NCBI RefSeq assembly: GCF_018350175.1
Contig: NC_058369.1
Coordinates: 20,772,001-20,836,000, forward strand
Reading direction: 5' to 3'
Origin: Felis catus
Taxonomy: Eukaryota
Length of the DNA: 64,000 nucleotides
The notes under the pieces were generated by a model that searched no databases, was not told where the DNA came from, and saw only the letters and a program-made list of their open reading frames with translations. The number at the start of each line of letters is the position of its first letter. Within the stretch, counting starts at the first letter, position 1. The translations under genes were made by a program, and so were the position numbers. Of this stretch, positions 36,498 through 54,130 are shown piece by piece.

Positions 36498-39400
36498 GAA
36501 CTGATGGACAGAGAACCTGGGACTCTGAGCTCTAATTGGAATTTCTGGAGAGGGCCAAGCCAAGGCTTCCCAGAGGACTCAGGAAGTAAATGACTAGAAT
36601 CAACACAGTGTAAGAATCCAGCAAGGGGTGGTGGACAGAACGTCAGACTCGGAGGCCTTGAACTGGGAGGCTCAGATTCCCAGCTTCCCAGCTGTGTGAC
36701 TGTGGGCAAGCCTCAAACTCCCCATCTGTGAAATGGGGAGCAGCCCCTGACATCCACCCAGGACCTGCACGTGCCTGTAAACCGCAAACCACATTACGGG
36801 TTCCGGATGGGGGCTGCTGCTCAGATGTTTAAACAGCCTTGATGTGGGCTCAGAGCATATGGAGCCTAACCCACCTCCGTGGGGACTGGTGCTCCCAGGG
36901 CTCTAACAGCCCCACTGTCTCCTTGCTGAATTGGGAAACCAGAACTGCTCCCCACAGTGACAGGCCAGAGCCAAGAAATTCCTTGCCCGAGAAAAATGGT
37001 GCCAGCTACCTGCTGTTGCCTAAAGCGACTCCCAACAACCTAACACGGGACAGGAAGTGTCCTCCATAAAGCACAACCATGCGGCAGCTGGACACGGGCA
37101 GGCTAGGATTGCTGACCACACACTGCAGTAGCATGAATTGAAGTGTCTCAGAAAAGCCCGACAGCCTCATGTGCCCAAAGCCCACTCAGGAGTGCCTGGT
37201 TCTCACCCAGAGTCCCCAAGTGTCACAGTGTCCCTAAGAACTCTCCTCTGGGTTTCCCAGGGATCGGAGACAGAAAGTAGCTCAGGTGTCTGCTGTCAAA
37301 GGGTCAGAAGTCCTTCTTGGGGAATCAGCCTCCAAACAGATGCCCCTGCACCTCCAAGGGTGGGGGAGCAGCTGCTACTAAGGGGCTAGGGAGAGTCTCT
37401 CAGGTAGAGGTTCAGCCATGGAGCTCTTAAGGGGAGCCACCAGCCAGGAGCAGACCTAGCCAAGTCACTCTGGCAGCACAGAGGGTGAGGGGCATGTCCC
37501 CCAAGCAATGTGCTCGGATCCACCTGGCTCTTCTTGAGCCCCAGAGGGTGAGTCTAGAGGTAGTGGGAAGAGTTTGCGGCACCGTGAATACCCACCATGT
37601 ACCATGCACCATGCACTGGGCAGGAAGCTGAGGAAACCCAGTTGTTGATGGGGTACTCCAAGCCACCCGAGGTCTCTGATCTATATCGGGGTGGCTTAGG
37701 AATGAGACACTGAGTAGCTCTGTCACAGAGGAAAGAATAAGAACAAAAACTCACTGAAATCTCTCCGCAGAGCCTGTCAACCTCATGTGCCCCAGGTCCC
37801 CTCAGGACTTGGCTCCTGATGCTACCTGAGCCCTCCCACTACCTCCTCAGCCCTGCCAGTCACGGACTCCCACCCCCACCCACTGCCAAGCCTGCTCCCT
37901 CAAAAACCCCAGGGACCTCTCTCCAGCACCTGCCACCCCCCTCAACCGCTCTGCATCACTCCACCTCCTGACCACCCTCTTTGGGAGACTCTGCCCTCCT
38001 CCGTACCCCTGGTTCTGCCCCCCTCAGCCCTCCCATGATGGGAGAGGGGGCTCCCACCCCTCACACTGACTGCTTTGTGGACCTTTCCTTTCATGGCTCC
38101 TCAATCGCAGGGATCCAGGATATGGCCTGAGCCCTTCACAAGCCGCAGGAATGGCCCCCTACCCACAGCATCAACTTCTGACTTTACTCAATCTCCAAAA
38201 CCCATCCCCTGGGCCTGACTCCTGCCCTACTTGGATGCCCAGCCCTCACCCAGACACACCGGCTTCCCACTCCCATAGGCTCTCAGCACTGCTGTCCTCT
38301 CAGACATACCTTCACTCTGCAAACCATGGGACAGTCCCACCACTGCCGCTGTATCTTTGGGACCATGATCCAGAGTACGGCATTCAAGGTCCTCCCCAAT
38401 GGGTACTTGCTGGTGCATGCCACAAACACCAACCAGGCCCAGGCTCCTGATCCATCAGAGGTGAGGCTGGACCCTCCCAGGGTCACCTAGAGATCCTCTC
38501 CCTGCAGTGTCAAGACTTATGTAGTACAAAATAATAAGTAATAATAAAAGTCTTATGTGGTACAAACCATATTTCCAGCACTCTATTATAATTCTCATGT
38601 GGACTCCCCCAACAGATCTTCACAAACCCCATAAGGTACTATCACTACCCCCTTTACAGATCGGAAACAGCTTATGCTCCTAACCTTCCCATCTCTCCTG
38701 ACCCCACACTCAGAGGCGCCTTTCTGCCCAGCACTCCTTTGCACCTGCCAAACTTCGCCTAGTCAACTTCGTACATGTGCCCAATCTCCAATCTAGGCCT
38801 GGCCGAGAAAAGAGAGAGGCCTCTAAACCTGAAGGAGGGGAAGGAGAGGCGTGGTCTCCAAGGACGGGGTAGACCTTCTGCTCTGTTCTAGAAGCTCTGT
38901 CTGAAATGGCATCTGTGACAAACCCCAGGGCTCACTGTAGAGAAAGGAACCAGTTATGCAGCTGGCCCCTGCCACCTGGTGGTGGTGTAGGGTAGCGCAA
39001 GCCGTGACTGACGGCTCACCTTGCCCAGAGACCAGACCCCAGAACCAAGACTTGGCAACAACAGCATCATCATCAACATAGTGCTTGTTTTCTGTTTTGT
39101 GCCAGGCACTCTCTGAGTTCTTCATGTGGACCAACTCATTACCCTCCCAACGCCACCTGTGAGAGAAGCCCTATCACTGTCCCAGGGTGATCAGAGGAGT
39201 CAAGTGACCTGTCCAACGTCACACAACTAGGAATGCTGAGGCTGGCTGCAGAGCCCACCCTCCACCATGTGCTTCTTAAGACCAGGAGCCTCTCTCCCTT
39301 CTTAGGAGGTCTGTTTCCCTTGGTTACCTCAAGAAAGTGCTGTCCTCACAGTCTGAGAATCAGCTAGGAAGGGCTTAAAGCAGAGCTCTGAACCCCAAGC

Positions 39401-40267
39401 CCGACACCTTTGTCCAGATGCGTCCTTCCCATCTTCAGGTGTGAATTCTCGAAGTGGCCCATGGACTTTAAACTCAGTCCCAAGTCAACAACCACAGTTT
39501 TTCAAACAACTCCAGCTCTGCCCCTCCCTGGTCTGGGCCCCAGGCCCCCAAGGTCCCCTCCATCTGCTTCTTGCACAGCCTCCAGTTCCTCCCGTGGCCC
39601 CTCACCAGCTTCCTTCCCTGGCTCCATCCCCACCACTGAGGTGACACATGGCCATGCCCAGTCACACCTGCTCTCAAGACAGCTCCATACTCCAGTACCC
39701 TCAGCTCGCGCCTCCTAATCACACCCAAGTCTGCTCCTGCCCTGCCCCCCAGCTGGAGCCTGACGCCGGCCCACGTGGAATGCCTGCGGCTCTGCCTCCC
39801 AAGGGCTACAATTAGATCAGGGGACACAACTCCAGGGCTTGCGTCCTGGCCTCTAGCCTAAGTTGACCCTCCATATGGCTCATGGCTCCGTATCAGTGGA
39901 GGACATCATGAGGCCCAAAGTGGCCAAGGCCTCACACACACTGACCTCTTTTGACAGACCTGGCCCCCTCACCTGAGTTAGCCCTGGAGGCCAGTAGCAC
40001 GGGCAGCCCCTGAGAAGTGGTGCTTGAGCAGAGCCCTGGCCGGAGACCCACTGAGAGCTCCTCATCCAGCCCTGCAGTACATATGAGACCCTGGCAGCTC
40101 GTGAGCAGGCACCAAAGGGCTTGGTGGATGCCAGGTAGTGCCATGATTCACCTCCTGGCCAACGTTAAAAAAACCGGCATAGCCACAACACGGACTACTC
40201 GCCCCTGGAGATCCCAGCAGGCCTGGGACTTCTCCCCACTGACCGGGGCCATCCTCAGGCCCATTTA

Positions 40268-40585
<318 letters not shown>

Positions 40586-41039
40586 TTACCAGGTGGCCAA
40601 GGAATAGCAAGGAGAGGGTGAGAACAGTGGCTAGCAATGACCAGAAGTAGCCTCACCAGGGAGCAAATCCCAGCATCCACTTCTAAATACAAGTAGAGAA
40701 AGTGTCTTCAGCCCAAAGGTCAGCTGATGGCTCAGGGGTTTTCAGAGTTAGAGCCGGTGCCCTCATCAAAGCAGGAGGCAGGGCAGGCCCTGCCAGCTGA
40801 GGCCCAGTCCCAAAGGGCCAACAGGGCCCCAGGGCCGCTGGTTCACCTATCTCCAAGAGACAGGCCAAGGGCCCTCAATATACCAACACGTAACACCCAG
40901 AGTGGTATCGTGGCCAGCTCTCAGGAGGAGCCTGTCCTTGGGGCTCCCAGCCTGAGGAGGCAGAAGCTGGGGTTCACTGAGGAGCCCAGAGCAGGTGAGT
41001 CCCTCTCCTGGTGATGTGGCACAAAACGAATAGCCTCCA

Positions 41040-41289
41040 GGGGCGCCTGGGTGGCGCAGTCGGTTAAGCGTCCGACTTCAGCCAGGTCACGATCTCGCGA
41101 TCCCGCGGTCCAGGAGTTCGAGCCCCGAGTCAGGCTCTGGGCTGATGGCTCGGAGCCTGGAGCCTGTTTCCGATTCTGTGTCTCCCTCTCTCTCTGCCCC
41201 TCCCCCGTTCATGCTCTGTCTCTCTCTGTCCCAAAAATAAATAAATGTTGAAAAAAAAAAATTAAACAAAACAAAACAAAACAAAAAAA
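41040..41289 (+). mobile_element. Young SINEC_Fc in POC1A intron 5
   Basis: Perfect 17-bp TSD AAAACGAATAGCCTCCA; small internal duplication GATCTCGC-GATCCCGC. Confidence 0.93.
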
Positions 41290-41641
41290 AAAACGAATAG
41301 CCTCCAAGAACTTACAAGAACCTGACAAGCTTTTTCCTTTATAAAACCATCACCATAGGTGACATACTAACATGATTTAGGAGGGTCCAGGCTCACCTGC
41401 TTTCAGACAGACGGGGCACAATTGGAAAACTGGAGAATGAAGGGGAAAAAGAGGCCCCAAGAATTATAGGCCTTGAAGTTAAACACTCCTGTTATCTGTG
41501 GGGATGGGAGTGAGGCTGAACCTCCCATTCACATAGGAAAAACTTCAGAGACAGAGAGCAGCAGAGACGTGGTTCCACATGAGGCCACTGGGGCCCCTCA
41601 CGACTAGGTCCTGCAGGTGGTGGACAGGGTCTGGTGACTTA

Positions 41642-41782
<141 letters not shown>

Positions 41783-42654
41783 TCATGGGTGCTGCACAAC
41801 TATCCTCCACAGCCACCTCTCTGCACTGCCCACCCCCCAATCCCAGAACCAGCCAAAGCCACACACCCTGCTCTGACCCTGAGTGATCCCAGCCAAGTGG
41901 CTTTCCTTCTGTGAGATGGGTAAGAATGGCGCCCACCTCACGGGAAGCAGGGAGCAGCGTTGCGCGCGCAAGCCCCCAGCACTGCACGTGGCATACGACA
42001 CCGCGTGGGGTGACCCCTGATGCTAGCAGCATGAAGGTGGTCCAAAGCCCACCATCAGCCCCGTTATCCTGTTCCCAGGCCCCCCGAATCTACATACTGC
42101 CCCCCGCCACACAAAAGGGAGAGCTGGCCTCCAGACCAGCCCCCTCAGAAGCCTGGATCCCCAACCGGCAGCTCAAGCAAAATCAACTTCTGAGAAGCAG
42201 ACTCAGATTCAAACCCTAGCTCTGCCATTAACCCCACCAGAAACCGTACTCTTCCGGGCCTCAGCATCCTCATCAGCATAATGGGAACGACACCATTTAG
42301 CCTGCAGGGCTGCCATGAAGAGTGAAGAGAAAACGTATAGAGGCAGCAGTGACATCATCCTGCTGTAGCTAGTGCTCATAAACAGCCCCTTCTGACTTGC
42401 TTTGGGCCTCATCAGCACAGTTGTCGGGGCGGCCAATCACGGCTGGCAAAGGACCAATGCACTTGTCACCTCTGAGCTTAAAGCTTCTCAATAATTTACA
42501 ATGTAACAACGTCTTTGTTCCCACTTCACAGATGAGGAAGCGGAGACGCAGGAATAGAAAAGAGTAGTGAAAGTGTTTGCCCAAGGTCATGATACTGGCA
42601 CCTGGCAGCATCTCTGTACCTCTCAAGCTCCAGGTCTCAACAGGACAATGCTCA

Positions 42655-43179
<525 letters not shown>

Positions 43180-43209
43180 TCAGATAAGCCCTTCGACGTC
43201 TATAACTCA

Positions 43210-43638
<429 letters not shown>

Positions 43639-44314
43639 TCACACCCTAAGGGCTCTAGAGAGCAAGTCCTCCCAACACAGGGCAGCCAGTCCAATCCAAC
43701 TGGGCCTTTTACCATTGAGAGTGCCCACATCAATCAGAAGCCTGGCGATCCCCAAGACAGGTCAAATAACTTCAGTTTGCTCTTAATCTACACTGATCAC
43801 AAGGCCAACAGCCTCTGAGAGAGGACCTTGACCACAGGATGAAGGGAGAGCCTTGTCCACAGAAACAAGAAAGCTGCAGCCATGACAGCTGTGTATGAAT
43901 CCCCAAGCGGCCAAAGAGCAGGGGTACTCAGCTGGTGTGCAAGGGCAGTGGTAGAAGAGGCGTACCCGGCTCTACTCCACGCCCTTCTCCTGGATGCTCC
44001 CATAATACTATGGACAACAGAATGGAGGACCCAAGGAAAAGAAAGCACTGTTTAGGGCTATTCCGTAACCCAGACCCAAAAGGTGGCTGGGATATATGCA
44101 GTGAAAAGCCCAGAAGCTGGTCCCACCCTCAAAGCCTATGTGACCTTGGCAAGGCCCCCAACCTCTGCCATGTAGAATGAAGCTCACAAAGCCCCCAGCA
44201 CCCAGACAGCTGACCAGCTGAAGCTGCAGGTCTAGACAAAGCACCCGGGTTCTCACTGTGCCCTACCTCCCCCACACCACACCTCCCAGGTAGAAAATCA
44301 GCCTTCTCAGCTCA

Positions 44315-46400
<2,086 letters not shown>

Positions 46401-47720
46401 TATTTTTCTAAAAGAAACAAAGAGAGAAAATGGGGAGTCTTTCAGCAACCTGCATCTCAGGATTCAGATTCCGTACCCTCAGTCCCACTGTGAACCCAAA
46501 GGTCAGCCTGGACAGGCCCCAAGGGCCGCTTCCATCATCTCCACTCAGCCCAATGTCAAGAAAGCAGTAGTTTAGGTCACTGCTTAGGAAGACATGGAGA
46601 TAATATTCCAGAGACTGTCCACTCAACAGCAGCTTCTTAGCATTTGAAGAATCACAGCCCTGCTGTGCAAACATCTCCTCCTACCCCAAATATCAGAAAC
46701 CTCAAAAAAGCACTTCAGGGACACCAGGGAGGCCCACAAAACCTCCCCTTGGGGGGAAAAATGTCCTTGGGAAAGAGCAAGGCCATAGCCACCTCCACAG
46801 AGCTGTAACCAGAATAAAGGCCCTGTGCCCAGCTCCACCCCCAGCACACCTGCCAGAGTCCCCTTTTCAACATGAAAGGGAGTGGCAGCTGGGGGAGGGC
46901 CCCCAACAGAACAGCAACTGCCTCACCTGAACCTCTTGGGAGAACAAGGGTAAGATAATGCTCACCTCTAGGCTCAGCGGGAAGAAGCAAGTTCAGATCC
47001 ACCTCTGACCAGAGGGCCCCTGAAACCTCCCAACACCCTTCCCACCTCATCCCACCAGGCTCTGTGGTTCCTCATCTCCCCCAAAGGTGGCTTATATATG
47101 GAAGGAAGTGGGGAGGGACTTAAGGGAAGGGCACTAGGTTAGGGGTCAAAACGCCTGGATCCTATGCCTGGGCCCTCTGCTCAAGTCCCCACACGCCTAA
47201 GGGTGCCAACAGGCACCACCCAGTCTTCCTCTCAACCCAGCCCAAAGGCCAGAAAGAGGAGTTTTGGAGTGCTTCCCTCTGGAGGAACCTTAGACTCAGG
47301 GCGCCGGGCCCAGATCATGCTGCAGACCTAGGCTGCCCCTTCCGATAAAGGGGTACGCTAAACTGGCCAATACCCAGCTATCCACTGCTCAGGATGGCGA
47401 GGCTGAGCCCAAGGGAGGCCCTGCGCTAACCCCAGGTTTGACCTCCAGTTGGAACATACCAGTACCAGTGTCTCCTCCGCTAGGATGCAAATCCTGGGAG
47501 CAGGGACTGGTTGGTCGGCTCCGGGAGCCCGCAAAGTGTCTGGCACGCAGAAGCTGCTCACTACGTGTCCCCACCCAGCGCCCCCTGCACAGACAGTAAA
47601 CTGGGACCGGAGAGAACTGGCTCGGAACCCGGCTTCCCCCTCGAAGCCGTCGCCCCGGCCAGGCGTCCACAGTCCGGGCGGGGAAAGTAAGGCCGGGCAG
47701 ACCCGCGGGCAAAAACTTAC

Positions 47721-47738
47721 AGGGCAGGGCGCAGCCAT
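47721..47738 (-). CDS. POC1A: POC1A coding exon 1 (MAAPCP)
   Basis: Kozak-context CCCGCCATGG in the CpG island; GTAAGT donor at 47720-47715. Confidence 0.95.
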
Positions 47739-48086
47739 GGCGGGCCCGGGGCGCCCAAGGCGCCGGACGAGGCAGCGTCGGCCGTTGCGGCAGGTTCAGT
47801 TTCCGCGCCCCCAACCGCCGCCAATAGCAACGCGGGTCGCGTTGCCACGCCCCGCCCACGACGATTAAAGGAGACGCAGCGCCTCTGCTTTTTGCCCCCG
47901 GCCGGAAGCAGAGCTGTGTGGATGGTTCCACAGTGTCAGCGCGCAGCGCCTACATGCCAGGCAGCCCACGAACACCGCCGCCAAAGGCCTCTGTCCACCG
48001 TCACTCATCCCCTGAGAAATTTAAAAACCCAGGATGAGGAGTTCTGTCCACCGGCCCATAGCCCGGTTCCTGAGACGGTAAGCAGA

Positions 48087-48163
48087 GCCTTCTGGGAAAT
48101 GCAGTTTCAAGACGGCCGCCGCCATGCGTCGGCCGGAAAGTGGAACTACTCTTCCCAATATAC
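48087..48163. promoter_or_regulatory. Divergent pair of ZNF143/THAP11-type motifs flanking a YY1-like motif
   Basis: Minus strand AAACTGCATTTCCCAGAAGGC (48107-48087) and plus strand AACTACTCTTCCCAATATAC (~48144-48163) resemble ACTACAATTCCCAGAATGC; GCCGCCATG lies between them. Confidence 0.6.
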
Positions 48164-48357
48164 CTTGAGGGTGAGCCGGGATTCACCACCTGTAGCAAGT
48201 ATCCCGGAAGCGGAGGACACGTGGGTCGTTGTAGCCTTGTCCTCTTAAAGGGCCCCGGAAGCCAGGTGTTCCTCCAATACCTTAAGATCCAATTAGTCGC
48301 CCCTCAGAGATTCTTTAAATGGTTCGCTCCTCTGAACTTAAAACAGGTGTTGGTTTA

Positions 48358-48555
48358 GGGGCGCCTGGTTGGCTCAGTCTGTTAAGTGTCTGATTTTGGC
48401 TCAGACAGGAGCCCACGGTTGGGTGGGTTCCAGCCCCACATCAGGCTCTGTGCTGTCAGCGGTGAGTCCACTTCAGATCCAATGTACCCCTCTCTCTCTC
48501 TGCCCTTCCCCGCTCACAATCTCTCCCTCTCTCAGGAATAAATATTAAGAAAAAC
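48358..48555 (+). mobile_element. CAN-SINE
   Basis: Head and tail present. Confidence 0.85.
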
Positions 48556-48806
48556 AAACAAGTGTCAACTTAAAAGAACACCAGTCACTCTGAATCACAT
48601 TCATACGTGAAGAAACCTAGATTCTATTCTGTTATTGCTACTTCCTTGTGTGACCTGTGACCTGAGGGAGGCGGGGGCGATGGGGGAGAGGAATACCTCT
48701 GCTCCAGGCGTCAGTTTACCCATTAATAATTGGAGGGAATTCGTGATGCAGCCTGGCCTTCTCCGGACTCCTCAGACCTGAGAAGGTTTATAAATTCCAT
48801 CTCTAG

Positions 48807-49027
48807 AGGCGCCTGGGTAGCTCAGTCGGTTAAGCCTCCAACTTCAGCTCAGGTCACGATCTCACCGCCCGTGAGTTCGAGCCCCGCGTCGGGCTCTGGG
48901 CTGATGGCTCAGAGCCTGGAGCCTGCTTCCGATTCTGTGTCTCCCTCTCTCTCTGCCCCTTCCCCGTTCATGCTCTGTCTCTCTCTGTCTCAAAAATAAA
49001 TAAACGTTAAAAAAAATTAAAAAAAAA
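48807..49027 (+). mobile_element. CAN-SINE
   Basis: TSD AAATTCCATCTCTA. Confidence 0.9.
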
Positions 49028-49039
49028 TTCCATCTCTAA

Positions 49040-51275
<2,236 letters not shown>

Positions 51276-51773
51276 GAGAAGGAGACTTTCTAGGGGTCTG
51301 GCCACTAGAGGCCATCCCTGCTCACTTTATGCTGTGGAAAGTCCAGGCTGTCCTTGTCTAGACCTTCAGCCCTGCTCCGGGCATCTTCCCAACCTGGAAC
51401 TGACCTGGACCGGATGTTTTGCAATATTCAGGAACCTTCTGTCACCTCCCCTGGACAGGCCAGTTTGGCCAGACTCCAACACTGATTAGGATCTGGCCAG
51501 GCCCTGAGGTTTCTTACTACATCCTGAGACCTAAGGTGGTGTCTACGTGGACCTTCAAACCAGAACATATTCAGAAAAAGGCACATGTAGATAGCTGGCA
51601 TGGAGAGGAGTGGATCTCTCCTTTGGACCTGAAAAGTCTGGGGCCATAAAGAAGAAACGGAGATACATTTAATCTCATTTTCAAGGTGATTTGGCATAGG
51701 TTTCTTTACATTACAAATGTTCAGGTTCATTTAACTTAGATATCAAAATTCTCCTTAAAACAACATTTACTGT

Positions 51774-51960
51774 GGGGTGCCTGGGTGGCTCAGTCAGTTA
51801 AGCATCCAACTTCAGCTCAGGTCATAGCTCATAGTTCATAGGTTCGAGCCCTACATCAGGCTCTCTACTGTCAGCGCAAAAGCCGCTTCAGATCCTCTGT
51901 GTCTCTTTCTGCCTCAGCCATGCGCGTGGTACACACACACTCTCTCTCAAAAATAAACAT
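51774..51960 (+). mobile_element. CAN-SINE
   Basis: Head and tail present. Confidence 0.85.
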
Positions 51961-53557
51961 TTTTAAAAATTCAAGTATTGTATCATTCATATACCCAGAA
52001 GTTGTTCAACACTGTTCAAATGATGATTTTCAAGTCTTCCCACCAACTTCACCTTATTCAGCTATTCTATTGCCTGCTATGCAAACACTTAAGGTGAAAA
52101 AATTAAGGAAAAAAATTAAATACAGAAAAATCTATCCATTAAACTCAGAGTTCTTTTATTGTTGTTATTGGTAGTGTTTTTTGTTTTTGTTTTGTTGTTT
52201 TGTTTGTATAATTTTAGCTATGGAACACCCTTGGTCTATAGAAGCTCACAGTCTACAAAACTGAATTTAGAGAAACCCTTTTGTAAAATGATTTTCAAAT
52301 GTCACGCTTGCTCAAAGTTACAGGCACTCTAAGATTTTACTCATCCTCCCTGGTCTTTCCAGATCCCACTATTTTCTATCCTTACCCATCAGAAGAGGAG
52401 CTGGGGGTGCCCCACCCACTCTGGCTCATTTAGTCTCCAAAAACTGCAACACCACATTCCGCCAACGCCATAGAGACAAGCCAGGATCCACCACTGGCAC
52501 AACCTGCATAAACCAAGATTGGTGCCTCCCGTTTGACTGAATAGCTCCCACCCTGTGCCACCTCCATCAGATTGGACTCCATTTCTATCTAAGTCCCTCA
52601 TGTTGGGGGAGTCCCTCAAGTTGCTCAACGTTGGAGGAGCCAACATTGCTGGCCTCAATGTTGAGGGGGACTAGAAGAGAGCTTCTTTTTCAAGCCCCCT
52701 TGTGGCAAGAATGTTTCTATCCTGGTATAAAGCCCATGGGTAGGCACCCCTGCAAGAGACGGTCCCCCTGTCATCACTCCCAGACCCCCTGCCCAAAAGC
52801 CAACACCTCAGGGTGGGGCAGAGAAAGCAGGAGGAAAGGTAGGGATCACACCCACCTGCATAGCCCAGTCCAACCCATGCCTGGAAAGCCCCATCAGTTC
52901 TGTCACTCAGCCCTGCACTGCCGCCTGGCTTGGAACTGAGCACGGCAGCTGAGGGCTTGTCCCAGCGTCAGGCATATCTTGGGGTGAGCCCAGGCCCTGC
53001 CAACTTCATGCTGGGTGACCTACCAGGAGTTACACCATCTCTCTGAGCCTCCATGTCCTTGACTGTAAAATACTCGTAACATACCTGCCACAATGGGGGA
53101 GGAAGGATTCCGTGAGCTATTAATCAGTATCAGAGCTGGATACTGAGCTGCCACTTAATACATTTGACTTTTTACTGTGACCTCAACCACATCACATACC
53201 TCCTCTGTTCCCACAATCTCGCTGACACCTCTCTGCCTCTGCTCCTACCTCTCTCCCCTGACTGCCTCTGCTCCAGCCACATTGGTCTTCTTGCTGTTCC
53301 TTGAATAGGAATGTGCCAAGTGTTCTCCCATCTCAGGACTTTTGCATTGGCTATTGTCCCTGTGTCCACTTGGCTCAACCCATCACTCCTCTCAGGACTT
53401 TGTTTGTATGTCACCTTCTCAGTGTGGCTTTCCCTGGCCACCCTGCTTAAAATGCCAGCCTGCCTTCCCTCTATTTTATTTTCCACAAGTGGCATTGCCA
53501 TCTGGCACACTGGACTTGATGGTTTGTTATCTTCTCCCCTCTTAGAACATCAGCTCC

Positions 53558-54130
53558 AGGGGCGCCTGGGTGGCTCAGTTGGTTGGGCGACCGACTTTGG
53601 CTCAGGTCATGATCTCACAGTTTGTGAGTTGGAGCCCCGTGTTGGGCTCTGTGCTGACAGCTCAGAGCCTGGAGCCTGCTTCAGATTCTGTGTCTCCTCC
53701 TTTCTCTGCCCCTCCCTTGCTCACGCTCTGTGTCTCTCTGTCTCTCAATAATAAATAAATGTTAAAAAAAAAGAAAAAGAACATCAGTTCCAGGGAAAGG
53801 ATGTGACTATATTCCTGCACCCAGCACAGGGCCCCAGAGAGAGTGGGGTCACAGTAAATATTTGCCAATTAAGTAAATGAATCGTGACAAGATTGCTCAC
53901 AGAAGGTAATGAGGTCTGGGGCGCCTGGGTGGCTCAGTCGGTTGAGCGTCCAACTTCGGCTCAGGTCATCATCTTGTGGTCTGTGAGTTCGAGCCCCGTG
54001 TCAGGCTCTGTGCTACTGACAGCTCAGGGCCTGGAGCCTGCTTTGGATTCTATGTCTCCCTCTCTCTTTGCCCCTCCCCCACTCATGCTCTGTCTCTGTC
54101 AAAAATAAATAAACGTTAAAAAAATAAAAG
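53558..54130 (+). mobile_element. Two CAN-SINEs (53558-53779 and 53918-54130)
   Basis: TSDs AGAACATCAG(C/T)TCCAGGG and AAGGTAATGAGGTCTG. Confidence 0.9.

Larger units (their letters stand above)
47300..48260. promoter_or_regulatory. CpG island / POC1A promoter
   Basis: CpG-dense and GC-rich around the ATG. CCAAT at 47821, GC box CCCCGCCC near 47850, ETS-type CCGGAAG near 47902, 48204 and 48255. Confidence 0.9.

Noticed and set aside
47358..48248. Several 118-180 aa ORFs over the promoter
   Set aside because: Stop-poor CpG island sequence; only the 18-nt POC1A exon 1 is supported.
51560..51610. LHASYLHVPFSEYVL resembling the PTP-domain INASY..EYI motif
   Set aside because: Too short, followed by a stop, and no other PTP motif (KNRY, WPD, HCSAG) found.
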